From: the human T2T-CHM13v2.0 reference genome, Homo sapiens
Assembly (NCBI RefSeq): GCF_009914755.1
Contig: NC_060933.1
DNA: 64,000 nucleotides
Reading direction: 5' to 3' (one strand)
The position numbers and the translations under genes were made by a program. The notes beneath the pieces were generated by a model. The model was not told the DNA's origin, ran no database searches, and saw only the letters and a program-made list of their open reading frames with translations. Shown here in pieces: positions 14,280 through 30,594 of this stretch (its first letter is position 1; each line of letters begins with the position of its first letter).

Positions 14280-14525
14280 GTGGTAAGAGTTGCTCAATGG
14301 TTAGGAACAGGGTCTAGAGTCAGAGCACCTGGCTTGAATCCTTGCTTCAAGGCTCTGTGGCACTAAAGCCTGCTTTACTAGGTTACTTCACCTTGCCAAG
14401 CCCTACTGATCTCATCGGTAAAATGGGGATTCCCTACTCACAGGGTCATTGGGAAGTTTGGATAAAATAATCCACATGAATTCTTAGCTCAGTTCCTGGC
14501 ACAGAATAAGTGCTCAGTAAATACT
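14280..14525 (+). mobile_element. MIR SINE
   Basis: ctagagtcag...gaatccttgct...taaaatgggg...cctggcacagaataagtgctcagtaaat. Confidence 0.75.
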
Positions 14526-15215
14526 GGTGGTAATTATTATCATTTCACTGAAAGAATATGGCTGTTGAGACTTTCCCCAAATCATAGCTGCAGCTGCTAT
14601 TCTGGAATATTTCCAGAGTCTCCTGGCAGTGCTGAAATTTCCCTTTTATAAAATACATAGGATGGCTGTGAAAATTGAGGAAAGTTCCAAAAGGCAGGGG
14701 CAGTTGCATCTGTCTTCTTCATTTCCCTTCTTTTTGGCAGTAGAATCCAGACCACAGAGGGAGAGGACACCAGGCTCCCAAGGGTACTGGCCACCAGCTA
14801 TTTCTTGGCAACATACTTCCTTTGAGCAAGAATGGCCCTTTACTTTTTGACCAACCTGAGAGAGCACTTACTCTGAGCCGGTCAGGAGAATATGAAGCTA
14901 TTTTCCTTCTGATGTTATGTCCTATGCTATGTAAATATAATCTCCCTCCAAATAAGAAAGGTGCACATGCATGGTGTTGGCAGGGAAACATCGAAACATA
15001 TTGCATAGTGGTGGCTGTGAACCAGTGGAGGCAGTGCTGTGTTGATTTCCCTTGACCAATGTCTGCCCAGTGGCAGAGCTGGAAACACAAGATGCTGTGT
15101 AATGTAAAACCTTGGCCTGGCTCCTCAGCGTAATGTAAAACAAAGGCTGCCAGGAAGGTACAAATCGCCCAACAGGAAGGAGCTGCTCTCTTGCCCGTGG
15201 ATGGCAGGACAATAA

Positions 15216-15455
<240 letters not shown>

Positions 15456-15849
15456 TGATGAGAAATCTGAGCCACGAACTCTATGAAATGAGGGGCAGAT
15501 GTGTGAGGACCAGGGGCCATCCTGAAGCTAAGCATGACATATCTTTGGGTGTGGGACCATCTGGCCTGCTGCAAGGCATAGGGAAGAGTCATTAGATTAC
15601 CCCATCTGCCTGCTCTCCGGATCCCTGATATGCCTTGTGCCTGAAAAGCCTTCTCTTATTGGACTCTAGAATTCTAAAACCAATTCTGATGAAGCAGAAT
15701 AAACATGCTCTTTGTGGCTTTAATTATAGTTTGCTTTTTGAGTCTTTCATTATAAAAAGGCCAGAAGCAACACCTTATGAAGTGGACAAGAATTCCAAAT
15801 ACAAAGAGTGTAAATACATGACATTTTACTGTATATAGAAACAGATGGT

Positions 15850-16340
<491 letters not shown>

Positions 16341-16573
16341 CTAGATCATTGAAATAAATCTCTATTGGGAGAAATTTAGTATAAATTGGGAATTATAATT
16401 TTGGAATTCTAAATAAATTGTCCAGAAGAAAAGAGATCGTTGCGTTTCCCCAGCACAGTCAAATTCTGGGCTGGGGCATGGGAGAAAGATGGGTTAAGTC
16501 TTTAAAGATGGGAAAAGATGGGATTGTACCCCCACATGTAGAGTAACGCTCTGCCTTGTTTTTGTTCCTACAG

Positions 16574-16595
16574 GGTTTCTCCAGTACGGATGGAG
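16574..16595 (+). CDS. PALM2: Paralemmin-2 22-nt microexon (GFSSTDG plus 1 nt)
   Basis: ttgtttttgttcctacag|GGTTTCTCCAGTACGGATGGAG|gtaagt has a strong acceptor and consensus donor. It bridges phase 0 to phase 1, giving ...DFQK-GFSSTDG-A/D..., as in recalled PALM2 protein. Confidence 0.92.
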
Positions 16596-17437
16596 GTAAG
16601 TGCTCTCTGCCCCGACTGTAGATGAATGTTTTAATCCTGGTCAGCTTAGGGGGTTTCATTAACAGGGGCTTAAGGAAGAGGTACTGTGTTGATTTGTAAA
16701 GGCATCAGAAGAAGTAGCAGCGCTGGTTGCAGGCCACTGAGGAGGTCCACATTCCAAGCCTTCCCTGCCTCTCTTCTTCAGGAACTATCTCTTGGCTCAC
16801 TGTTTCTCCTCTTACAAAATTGGCCTGGCTCTTCTCCTTCCCATTAGTCCCAACACTCACTGCTTGGGCCTCTCTTGAAAGGTACCCAGCAAAGAAGAGT
16901 ACTAACATCAGGACCTGGTCCCTTGTAGGGATGAGCCCATTTGTCTTGGTGGTTAGGTCCTCAGGTTGAAACATACGTGAGAAGTTTAAGAAATTTGGGG
17001 AAAATATTTGGTGTTTGGGAAACCTTTCTACAGCCTCTGGATTTTCTTTGCTTTCTCTCTCTCTCTCTCTGATCAGACAACTGTCGTTTCTTTCATAGAA
17101 ACAGGGCTGGGCAAAAACTTCCCTCCCTGTGTGGGATAGTTGGTTCAGAGCATAGGAAGGTAGGAGTGGGGTCCTGGCTTCCTGGTGGCAAGAGCAGGTC
17201 TTTCACCTTCTCTACCTTCCCTACCTTTCCTCTGTCCTCTCCTCTCCTTACCTGGACTGTGGGGATGAACTTGAGATTGTGTACTTCTCACCCTTCACCT
17301 TGCTCCCTATCCTCAGCTGCAAACCCATGATTCCTACTTTCATTTGGCCCTCAGCTAGACCTGCTTTACAATGCAGGGACTTGTTGGAAAGACCAGATAT
17401 TGTCTGCTCCCCTGGCTCTTAGAAAGTCACATTCTAG

Positions 17438-17598
17438 GGCTGGGTGTGGTGGCTCAGGTCTGTACTGCCAGCACTTTGGAAGACTGATGTGGGAGGATCC
17501 CTTGAGCCCAGAAGTTCAAGGCTGCAGTGAGCTATGGTCACACCAGTGCACTCCAGTCTGGGTGATAGCAAGGTCTTGTATTAAAAACAAACAAAAAA
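17438..17598 (+). mobile_element. Old Alu monomer (FAM/FRAM-like)
   Basis: Single diverged Alu arm with A-rich tail. Confidence 0.8.
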
Positions 17599-19608
17599 GG
17601 TCAACCTCTAGACTAGGAAGATGATCAGGAGCCAGGATAAGAATTGGCATCAGTGTTTTCCCAGCGTCATTTGGAAATATACGGGGAAAGGTTTAAAAAT
17701 GTGTTTCTCTGGATTAGTCAAAGGTATTTGCATGAAGGATAGTTCTGACTTTGGCAAAACAAACAAACAAACAAACAAACCTGTGATTTTTAATTTTTTT
17801 TTCCCCTAGCAAGAGACCTGGATTTTGTCTCCCCAGGTGATCTTTAGGAAGGTACTAAATTAAACTTCATGCTCTGAGTACATGTAGGCAGGGCCAAGTC
17901 ATGTCCAAGCTAGCAAGGACTCTAGGAAAAGCGGACCTACAATACTTCTAGGAAGTCTCTATGGTGTGACCAAGTCAGGGCACTTGTTCTGTGCTTTGGG
18001 GGTGGGGCACGGATTGAGGAAGTGGCCTTGGGGAATTGTGGGTACAGCATGGGGAGGATGGCAGGCTTCCCTGAGTCTGGGAAGACCTGAGGCATGCCAC
18101 ACAATTAGCAATAATACAGTGCATGTCAGGCTGGGATGAAGTGTGGGACACTGACCCATGAACACCTACCCAAAGAGTGCATGTCGGCCTTTTATGCTTT
18201 CACTTTTTTTTTCCCTTCCCTTCTCAAATCAGGAATTTCCCTAGACATCTCTCTGATACTTAGGGAAGGGAAAGACCCTGTATGTCATGTTCCTGAGGAG
18301 TCTGTGTGGGGCATGGAGACCTGTCATACTCTGTGACTTGTTAACAAGCAAAAATGCAGCCGCATCATAAACTCTCACCACCTCTTTCATTTTTACCTCA
18401 AACTTCTTTCATTTTCTTCTGCATTGCTTCCCATTGTTTTCACTTATCCACCTAAGCCATTTGTAGAGGTGGTAAGAAGCCTAGTCATAACTGAAAAGAG
18501 CCTGCAGGGAAAGTTGCCCACAGACTCCATCCTCCAGGATGGGGGAGCTCAGGCTTAAGAGGATGCAAAAGTCTTAGGGATCTCATTTCTTGGGAAGTGG
18601 CCCAGGGAAGAGTTTCCGTGGTCTTACCTGTCACCCTGCATTATAATTCCTGCCATCTGTGGTTATCACCAAGCCTGGGTGACCTCTTTATCTGTCATAC
18701 CACATCTATTAGCAAAGAAAGAAGTTTGAAGGCGGGAACACATACATCCCAGAATGTGATTGATGTATATAGAGTCACAATGTGGTGAAGCACATCCCAG
18801 TTGAGGGACTTTGGGATGTCTCTTTATCTTCTCATTCTTCAATTTCAAAGGCCCCGAGTTGCCAAGACCCTCTTAGAATCATCCAACTTGCTACAAAAAA
18901 CTAACCAGATATTATTATAGAACAATGGTGACTTAAGAAACACAGTTAATTTCTGATGCGTGCAGATTACAGAATCCAGGTCCAGTTAGGATTATGTAAC
19001 TATACAGACACTGCAGATAAGCAGCAAAAGCATCCCAACTCGTGAGGTGCTATGAGATAGCTGCTGGTGTCTGTGTGTGTAATGACCCCATCTCAGGTAA
19101 CCTAAGTGTGTCCCTCTATGCATGGCAGAGGAAATAGAGGTACCGTACTGCTGGATCACCAGTGGCTTTTGATTGCATGATAGCCTGGGCAATCAAGAAC
19201 AATTTATTCTATTCTTGAGTAGAATCTCCTGGTCATATACATTCTGACACCCACTCTCCTCCCCCGCCAACACACACTGTTGTTATATAGCAGAACGCTC
19301 ATCTATTGGGTGGGTTGGTTTTCACTGTCTTAGGCATAATGTCTTGTACACCTATAAATTGCATATAGTATATATCTGGTGCTAATTCTGTTCTTTACCC
19401 ACTGAGGAGGGAGCTGATGCAAAACTCTTGCCAGAACAGGCAAAGGAAAATGTCTGTCCTGGGCCTATCTCAGTCCTTGGTGTATGATATGGATCTTCTT
19501 AGGTTCCCATCCCATACCAGTCTGTGGTGGCTTAGAGCGTTTCCCACATCAAAACCTTCATACCAGTTATTCGCAAACCTCAATCTTCAGTTGCCTGTAA
19601 GTTATGTG

Positions 19609-19835
<227 letters not shown>

Positions 19836-20100
19836 TAGATTCTTCATAGCTACTGTAAATATTTCAGCGGGATTAGAACTAAGAAGCAGCACTCATCTTT
19901 AATTTCTACTCTATAAGTTACTGCTTTCCACCTTCTCTGTCAGTGGGGAGAATAGTGTTAGACTATTCTGACTTTGGCAGGAAGAGGGCAGCTTATTAAT
20001 TGAGGCCACCTGAAGAAGTTTTTCCCATTGAAGTTTTGGCAAGCCTGTTTGTTACTCTTTGTGCTGGCCTATCAGACACTTCCTGTCTATATAACCTTAG

Positions 20101-20480
<380 letters not shown>

Positions 20481-21105
20481 ATTCCCTTATCTCTTAACAG
20501 AAGCCATGTAGCCCAACCCTCTAAGTGCTGTAGACTTCAAGCTTGTAGCCAGTAAACATCTGGCAAAGGTAACTCCATCATCCATTCCCATCTGGCAGGG
20601 AGCTATCTCCTGGAGGAGGCTGAGACATAAGCCCTGGGAATCACATGTTCTTTCAGATGGAAAATTCCCTGTCTGTAAGTAGTTTTTTTTTTTTTGTTTC
20701 TTTTTTAAACTGCTAAAACATTGAGTATGCAGACACACATGTGACCAGTCCATGAGATCTCACATGGGCTCCAGCCTCCATCTTATTTGAATGCAGAAAG
20801 TCAAATTCACCAAGATCCCATTCCACAGATTTCTGGAAATTATCAGTGAATCTTGGAAGTTCTACAAATCTGCTCTGGTCATCCCTTCTTTCCTAAACTG
20901 ACCCTCTAGTCCTAGATTACTGCTTCACTCTTCCCACGGACAATTGTCACCCACCTGCCCCTACCCCCTCAGGACTACTGACCTCAAGGTGCTGCTCTTT
21001 CTAGTTCTGCCTTGTGCTGCTTTGGGGCACAGACCCTTCCTACAGCCTTCCACAGTGGGAATTAAAGGAAAGAGAAGTCTGTGACCTAAGTTTAAGAATC
21101 ATGGA

Positions 21106-21546
<441 letters not shown>

Positions 21547-21694
21547 TCATCTCAAAGGCTCAATTTCCTTCCTTGCAGTGAGGGGTGCCTTCAACCATGT
21601 CTGCCTTATCCAGGATCCAAGCTCCAACACATATAAGGCACCTGAGAGGGAAAGCAACTTGAGCCTCACTCCACCCTAAGTCCTGCTGTTCTAA

Positions 21695-22090
<396 letters not shown>

Positions 22091-23315
22091 TAATGTCAAT
22101 ACATTCTGGATTGTTCAGACTCATTTGCAAGTCAGAAAAGGGTCTGGTTGGTCTAGAACTGAACTAAGCCTAGTCCAGTGTGTGTTTGCAATCCTCTTCA
22201 GCAAGAAATGAAAAAGAAAGCTGCTAGAATGGAAGCAGTACGAGTGGGGATGCAGAGGAGGGGTCAGTGATGAGAAATGCGGAGGATTTTGAACAGAGGC
22301 AGAGGCTATTGAACAGATTGGATACCAGCAGGGGGAAGAGTGAAGGGTGCTGCTGAGGATCCCAGGTGAACTGCAGTGCTCGTGAGCCAAGATAGAGGAC
22401 AGGAGAAGCAGCAGGTGAGCAGAGATACAAGGTCCATTTTGCACATGTTGAGTTTGAGGTGATTGTGGGATATTCAGTATAGACCTACAGTGAGCAGTTA
22501 GATGTAACCATTGATGACTGATGGACGTTCCAGGATTTTGTGATATGGTCGTGATGCAAGGAAGGGATCACATCTCATGGTGCCCAGCTTTCCGGAATCT
22601 TCCTGCTTTCACTTTCCCACTTCTTTCTGGGGTGTACCCAGATTTGTCTTGTCTTACCTCAGGGGTTTCCTCCTTTCCTCTGATACCTTGGCATGCTTGC
22701 TAATGTTCATGCTCCCCATGTCTCACCTCCCTGAAGAGGCTTGTCGAGGTATTTGCCCAAGCAAATCTAATGGGCTCCTTCTTTTACATAGCAACATTCC
22801 CTGCAACTGGGCTAATGGTGGGCTCAAGGGGTATTGTCATTTAGAATCTCAGGACTTTCTAGCTGAAACACCAGCCTGCAGTATTGAAAACATGAGATCA
22901 ATTCTGAAGTCTGTTTATTTGTTGTAATGCATATAAAATTGGTCTTTTGAATGAATCAGGCTCATAAAGCTATATTGCCAGTTCAGGGAATGAACCCCAT
23001 AATAATCAGACACAGAAAGCTTTATTTCCGGTTCAGAGAATGGATCTGTTTTTCAGTACTGTTTAATGTACATTTCTAGTTCCATGTTTTCTATTTGTCA
23101 ATCCCACCAAGTTGATAATGGCTCCCACAAGCCCATCTCTGAATCTTCCCCCCGTCCCTGAACTCATTGTCCTCCTAGAATCTAGAGATTTCTGATGACT
23201 CTTCTAATACATAGAGCCATCCTGGGGCTTGAGCTCTCTGGCCAGGATCCCTCCTGCCTCAGCTACTCTGCTGAATACCAGTCACTGGGCAAATGCTTGT
23301 CTTTGTTTACCCTGA

Positions 23316-23984
<669 letters not shown>

Positions 23985-25624
23985 TGAATACATATATTCC
24001 TAAGTCTTCCCATTTCTGGAATTATTTCTTAGCCACTGTGGTATATTTGGGAGGAAAAGAAGCAATTTAAAGCACACATGTTACTTGCTAATGTGTCTCA
24101 CAATTGGAAATTTTACAAATAATATATTTATGAGTGTTGAGTGTAGGGAGAACCATGCTTTGCTCTGCTTAATGCAGACATGCCTCAGAAATCAGAACTG
24201 GAAGGATGCAAGCAATAAATCTGTACACGAACCCTTATGATCTACACAGAAATGTGCTGAGGGCTGGGGGTTAAATGGAAAAATGAATTGCCCAAGGTTG
24301 CATGGTTAGTTACAACATAGGTGACTTCAAATATGAGTATCAGATTCTGCTTTGCATATTCTAGGTAAGTGTATGTTTAAAATAAATCACATAATGGCAG
24401 ATTTTTTAAAGTAAAACAATCATGGATGTTTAAGCCAGAGGATATCTTTTATATAGGCCAACCTGAATATTTCATGAAGCAAAGAATCCCTACTTATTTT
24501 AATACAAAAGTAAAATAAAAGGCAAGTAAGAATTAACATAGTTGTCACGTCCACTGGCTAATTTAAATATCTGTTGGGCATCTCTGTAAACATCTTAGCA
24601 GATTACTTTTATGTACAGACTCACAGAGTCCTAGAGATGGTTGGGACTGTAAGTGGTATCTGGTCAATCCAGAGCCAGTTCCACATCTTCCTGGACAGTG
24701 ACAGGATGGATAAACAGGAACCTGCAACCTGCAGTTATGCTTCAAAGGACTCACTGGCAGTCACTTTAACATTGGACTCTTTAAGTACTCCAGGGTACAC
24801 TTCTGAGGTACACTTCTGAGGTCAACTTAGGTAAAATGTGTTTAAGAGTGACACCCCTTCCCTCTGGTTATTAGAGACATGGGTGTTGATGGCTCCTGAT
24901 AGTTGTGGGTAAACAACTTCTCAGGTCCTCTGCACAAGTTCCTGCACTTCAAAGGACACAGGATATGATCCAACATATGGATCAGCTTATGGGAGGGTAG
25001 GGACAATGTATGAGAAATAATTTTAAGAGACAGAAAAAGAATTTGAGCAGTGTGGGTAGTCAAAGAGTTTAAAGTTCAAGAGTAACACATGAATGTGATT
25101 GTAGTGCTGTGTAAGCAGCAATACACATTATTACCACAACCCAGCTCCCTTTATCTTTGAAGATCCTGCAAAACATGATTTTAAAAGCCAATGCATTTTC
25201 AAAAGTATAATGTGATCAGAATCTTTTTCAAAGTAATTTTACATATGTTTCTGCTGATTAGTTAAGAGTTAATTTGCGTAAATGCATCTACTGTGGGATT
25301 ACATATAAGCAGAGCTATGGAAGGAATTGTATTTGTTACGATGAACTCCTTTGTCCAGGCTGTTTAGGGAATGGGATGTTCAGATTCATGATCAATTATG
25401 GTTAATGGTGACTACACAGAGCATGTGTGGCTTACCAACCAAGGGTACTCACTAGAATTCTCCTAGATACAGTCCATCTTGCTTTAGGAATGTCCTTTTG
25501 GAAATTTATATAACCTCAGGGACATTTTGACAAATGTCACTTGTCATTACTGAGTAGTATAACAAATATCCTGGTTGTTTGGCGTTTGGAAGGTTTGGGA
25601 CTCTGTATAAATGGGAATTTATTT

Positions 25625-27500
25625 AGAATCATTGCTTTTCAGAATTAGGAGACATCTATTCCAATCCTTTATCCAAACATTGAATCCTTAACATAGCAGC
25701 CCTGTGAAGAGGTCCTCAAACCCTGGTCACACACCTCTGTGATTCATGTTTAATCTTCCTCCAAGTTTCCCATTCCATCTCTGGTTGGTTCTGACTATTG
25801 GGAAATTCTTCCTCTGATGGAGCCATCATTTGTCTGCCTTCATCATCCACCCACTTATCCTTATCCTGCACCCTGGAGCTACTCAGAGCACATCTAAGTT
25901 CTAATTTCCCTTCAAGTGTAGAAAGTCACTGTTATTTCCTGTTTTTCCCAGATCCTCACTCTAAATCCCCTTTGTGCTCACAGTCCCAGTCTCTCCAGCT
26001 GGTATTGAGATGATGAGATTGCCTTTAGACACCCTCTGCCATCCCTGTCCCTCCCCTCTGCACGCTCTTCACTTGGTTGCTAGTCTTCTTGATGTATCAT
26101 GCTCAGAGCTACCCAATGCCTTCAGAGCTAGGCTGCTCACCCCCAAAATAGAGCACGACGCTGCAGACCACATGGCTGACTTTGCTGGCAATGTGGCCTT
26201 TCAGCTTCAGTTTTGAAAGGCCTCAAAGTCATTTCATGTGTGCCACTGCTCAGCCTCACTCCGTTTATCCATAGAATTGTTGTTTCTGAGTCATTTCAGT
26301 TGAAATGTTCAGTCTGTTTCCCCTAGCTATACATATACTACTTCACCTGTTCATACATAGAAGGACCTACAGAATTCTTTTGTTTTTTAATCTCGAAAGA
26401 CAAAAATAAGCATGAGCTATGCACTTTTCTGTCCTTTGTAGATTTGCTATGACTATTAAATTTCTTCTTGTTAGATTGTCTCTCAAGAATGTTGCGGGTT
26501 TCATGGAGGCACTGAGGAACCACAGCAGGAAGTGGGGGAAGGGAATGATGTCATGGGATTTGACAGGGCTCTGACATTCCCTCCCATTTCAAACACGCGC
26601 AGTTCCTCCATCCTCATGTTTACATATTGTGTTTCCACATCAGATTTCACTTGAATCTAGGCCTCAACAAGTTTTGAATGTAGAAAACCCTCTTCTCTAT
26701 TGTTAGGGTCTTTGTAGCTCATGATTATGGTATCCTCATAGCCTCACTTTGCTTCTCAGTTTAGTACCCCCTCAAATCTGAAAAAGCAATCTTTTATTAT
26801 TTTTTATCATCTCATTGCTAAAAATGTTGCATGTTGGAACCAAAGTCAGAGCCCTGTGGCACACCATTAGAGATCTCTTGGCCCTCAATAACCCTAAATT
26901 GACATCTTTGGGGTATGATCATGCAACCACTAACAAGTTAATTGTCTTAACACCCAAGGCACATGTTTCTGTGTAGTCCACAGGAATATAAGGGATTTTG
27001 TGATAATCCAAATACTCTGGATCTTTTCAAATGCAATTTGCCTATTCTTTCCAGAGACCTTGAACAGAAAAGAAAATGAGATTAATCTGCATAGTTTCTG
27101 CTTGATTAACCCATGCTGGCTCTTAGTCATCTCTGGTCTTTGAAGATTAACTTTAGAATTTAGCTAGCCATGATGTCAAGCTCCTTCGATGTAGTTTAGA
27201 ATCCCCTCATTCTCATTTTTGAAAATCAGACCTTTGAGTGTCAGCTTCCAGCACCTTTCCTGATGTTCAAGATTCTTGAGACAAATTCAACAAGGGAACT
27301 GGGACCCTGATCCCAAAGCACTGAGAGCCTTTATATCCCTGCAGTGCTATGTTATTTTCCAATCTTCTCTGCTCATCTGGGCTTCACTTCCCTTTCTGCC
27401 ACTTTCTTTCTGGCACTTTACAGGCTGAAAACTCTCCTTCTTGACCAAAAATAGAAGCAAAATCAGACACAAGAAATTGGCTTGCCTTTATTATCCATCA
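25625..27500 (-). mobile_element. CR1/L3 LINE fossil including reverse-transcriptase region
   Basis: Minus-strand translation gives SQHGLIKQKLC(frameshift)INLI (~27075-27125) and GVPQGS (26848-26865), followed by NIFSN and TKL remnants. A CR1-like 3' end lies near 25625. Outer boundaries approximate. Confidence 0.75.
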
Positions 27501-27605
27501 ACATCACACCCTTGCTGACTTATTTTTGTTACTACTGAGGTGTCTTGGAAAAACAATTGATTCACAGAAATTTTTGATCACTGTTTTTTTTGGGGGGAGT
27601 TACAA

Positions 27606-27858
27606 TTTTTTATTGATACATAATAATTGTACATATTTATGGGGTACATGTGGTATTTTGATACATTCACACAATGTATAATGATCAAAAAAGGGTAATG
27701 AGGATATCCATCATCTCAAACATTTATCATTTCTTTGTGTTGGGAACATTCAAAAATCTTCTAGCTATTTTGAAGTAGACAATAAATTATTGTTGGCTTT
27801 AGTCACCCTACTCTGTATTGAACATTAGAACTTATTCCTTCTATCTAACTATATTTTT
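27606..27858 (-). mobile_element. L1MA-type 3' end fragment
   Basis: ttttattgatacataataattgtacatatttatggggtacatgtg...cttattcctt ctatctaact is typical of an antisense L1MA 3' end. Confidence 0.85.
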
Positions 27859-30225
27859 GAAGTTGGAGATTGTGCTTTCGGATGAGAGGGAGAACCCATT
27901 CTGAATTAATTTCCTCATTTTTATTGTCATTGGCATCACAATAGCCATTTTTACATTTCCAGCCCAAAGATAATATGTGAACACATATTTATATGTATAA
28001 CCATTTGCTCGAAGGGATAAGACTACCCATATGTGTGTTCATTCAATAAGTCAACCATGTGCATTGCTTGTCTATCACATGCCAGGTGCAATGCCAACTC
28101 CTGGATGTTTCTGTTACTGAGATGACCCTGACCCCCCATGGATGACACTTATGATCTGCTTCTCTCCTACTGTACTTTACGCATCACTGACTCGTGAACC
28201 ACGCAGGGTGTTCACAGCACCATAAAATATCAAATCTGGATAACTTTCATTGTACAAATGAGAAAATGAAGCCCCAAAATGGGGTGTGATCTGGATAGGA
28301 ATTCAGATCCTATCTTTCTCCCTCCTCCCATCTCCCTGACTAATGACAGCGGAACATGTGGTGCTTATATTTTAGATGTGGGCTCTCAGCCTGTTCCTCC
28401 TCCCGTAATCACAGTGAGTGAAAGAAAGTGAGCTGGGAAAAGCCTGAATCAATGATTGAACTTTCCATCCTCCTGGAATAGTCTTGTTTTGTATGCTCTT
28501 GGACTGATGCTCAAATGTATTCATGTCCATTGCTCTTCCCGCCTTGCTTGTGTCGGTTACTCTTGTTCCCTCTTCTCTAGGCTCCCTACAGCCCTTGCAG
28601 TTGCTTTCACTCTGCCAAAGGTGAAGGCAACAGGCAACACAGGCATGTGTAGAGCCAGGGGGATAAGTCTGAATCAGAACCAAACATTCTCTGCTCCTCA
28701 GACCCATCTCTCTGGGCCCTGCAGAGCAATCGCTTCTCTGCTCAAAACTACCACCTTGGTTTTTAGGTGGGCACCTTCCCCAGAGGCCTCACACTCCGCT
28801 CCACACCTGGGTGTTTTCAGAACCTAGAGACTGGAATTCTCAACCTCAACTTAATGTCTCTACTCCTTCAGGGCGTTTCCCTATTGATGAAAGAATTATT
28901 AGGGAGCAAGAACCAAGAAAACCAAATGCGGAGGCCCAAAATCAAAGTATCCATGCAGTCATTCATCTGTATCCCTTTGAATAAGCTAGCAACATTCGTT
29001 CTTACTCTCTTTAATAAAAAGAGCATATTAAAATAAAATAAAATAAAATAATTCTTAAAAACAGCATATTACTCAGCTGTCTCGCTGGCTTCTTGGAAGG
29101 AGTAGCAAATATGCTTTATATACTCCAATCTCATTGTCATCAGTATATAGGGTTTGGAAATCAATAATTAAATACATAATTTAATAAAAACATACTTCCA
29201 GATTTCAGCCAGCCTATCAGTGAAACTTCCATTGAATTGTCTTCTATTTCTTTTCCTTCTTCCCCAGGTCCTTCATCCAGGAAAATTTCCAGAGCTTTCC
29301 TTCAAATACTTTTCTGTATGTCCATGTATGTTTCAAGATTTCTTTCAGGGCTCCCCAGAAAGCCCTCACCCCTCAACAGCACTCCCTCCTCATTTTTTAA
29401 ATAAGATGAACAAAGGCAGCAAGCCCTTTGACCCTCATCATTATACAAATTGTAGTGTACCTCTGACATGGAGAAGCTGGAGAGAAGACAGGGCAGGTTA
29501 GAGAGTATGCTCTGTGCTTTGTGGTTAGAGACAAAGGGATGAAAAGTGTGAGAGGCCATTGGTATAAACTTTTGGCAGCAACAGGAAGTAGAAGAGTTTT
29601 TAAAATCTTGTGCATCAAAAATAAGACATTGCACTGAAAACGTAAGTCTTATGTTCCTATTGGTTCATATGCACTCTAGTTCATGCTTTTGTATATTATT
29701 GGCTGAGAACTGAAGCAAAATATAAATGCTTACTCATAAAGATGACATTTAAACATTCACACCTCTTGCATGGCTTTCTAAAAGGCCTAGATAACATTCT
29801 CATATATGTATCCATGAAAACGAAATATTGCCTTTGGGTTAAGTCAGAGCTTCTCAAAGTGTTCGCCTTTGTTCTCTTTACTGGAGGAAAGAGTGAATGC
29901 AGAAAGGAATGTAGAATCACACTCTTAAGTGTGATTTGTGGTTCCTCTGAAGCCTTATGTTTTATCTAGGAAAAAAATACATATGCATTTTGTGACATAA
30001 CATATCTAAGTTTATTTTATTATAAAATTATATTAAAATTCTTAAAATATTCTATGCTCATATTCTAGGAATATTGGAAGAATAGTGTACAACATGTAAA
30101 TATAAATAGGTAACCCTAGTAAAACCATGTCACATGTGGTTCAGTCCCAGAGCCATATCACATTTAAAGAACTACAGCTTAAAATTGCACACCAAAAAAC
30201 CATTAAGAAGGTGTTCTGTTCTTTA

Positions 30226-30594
<369 letters not shown>

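Noticed and set aside
24793-24822. 13-bp tandem duplication ggtacacttctga x2
   Set aside because: Common short slippage duplication with no evident significance.
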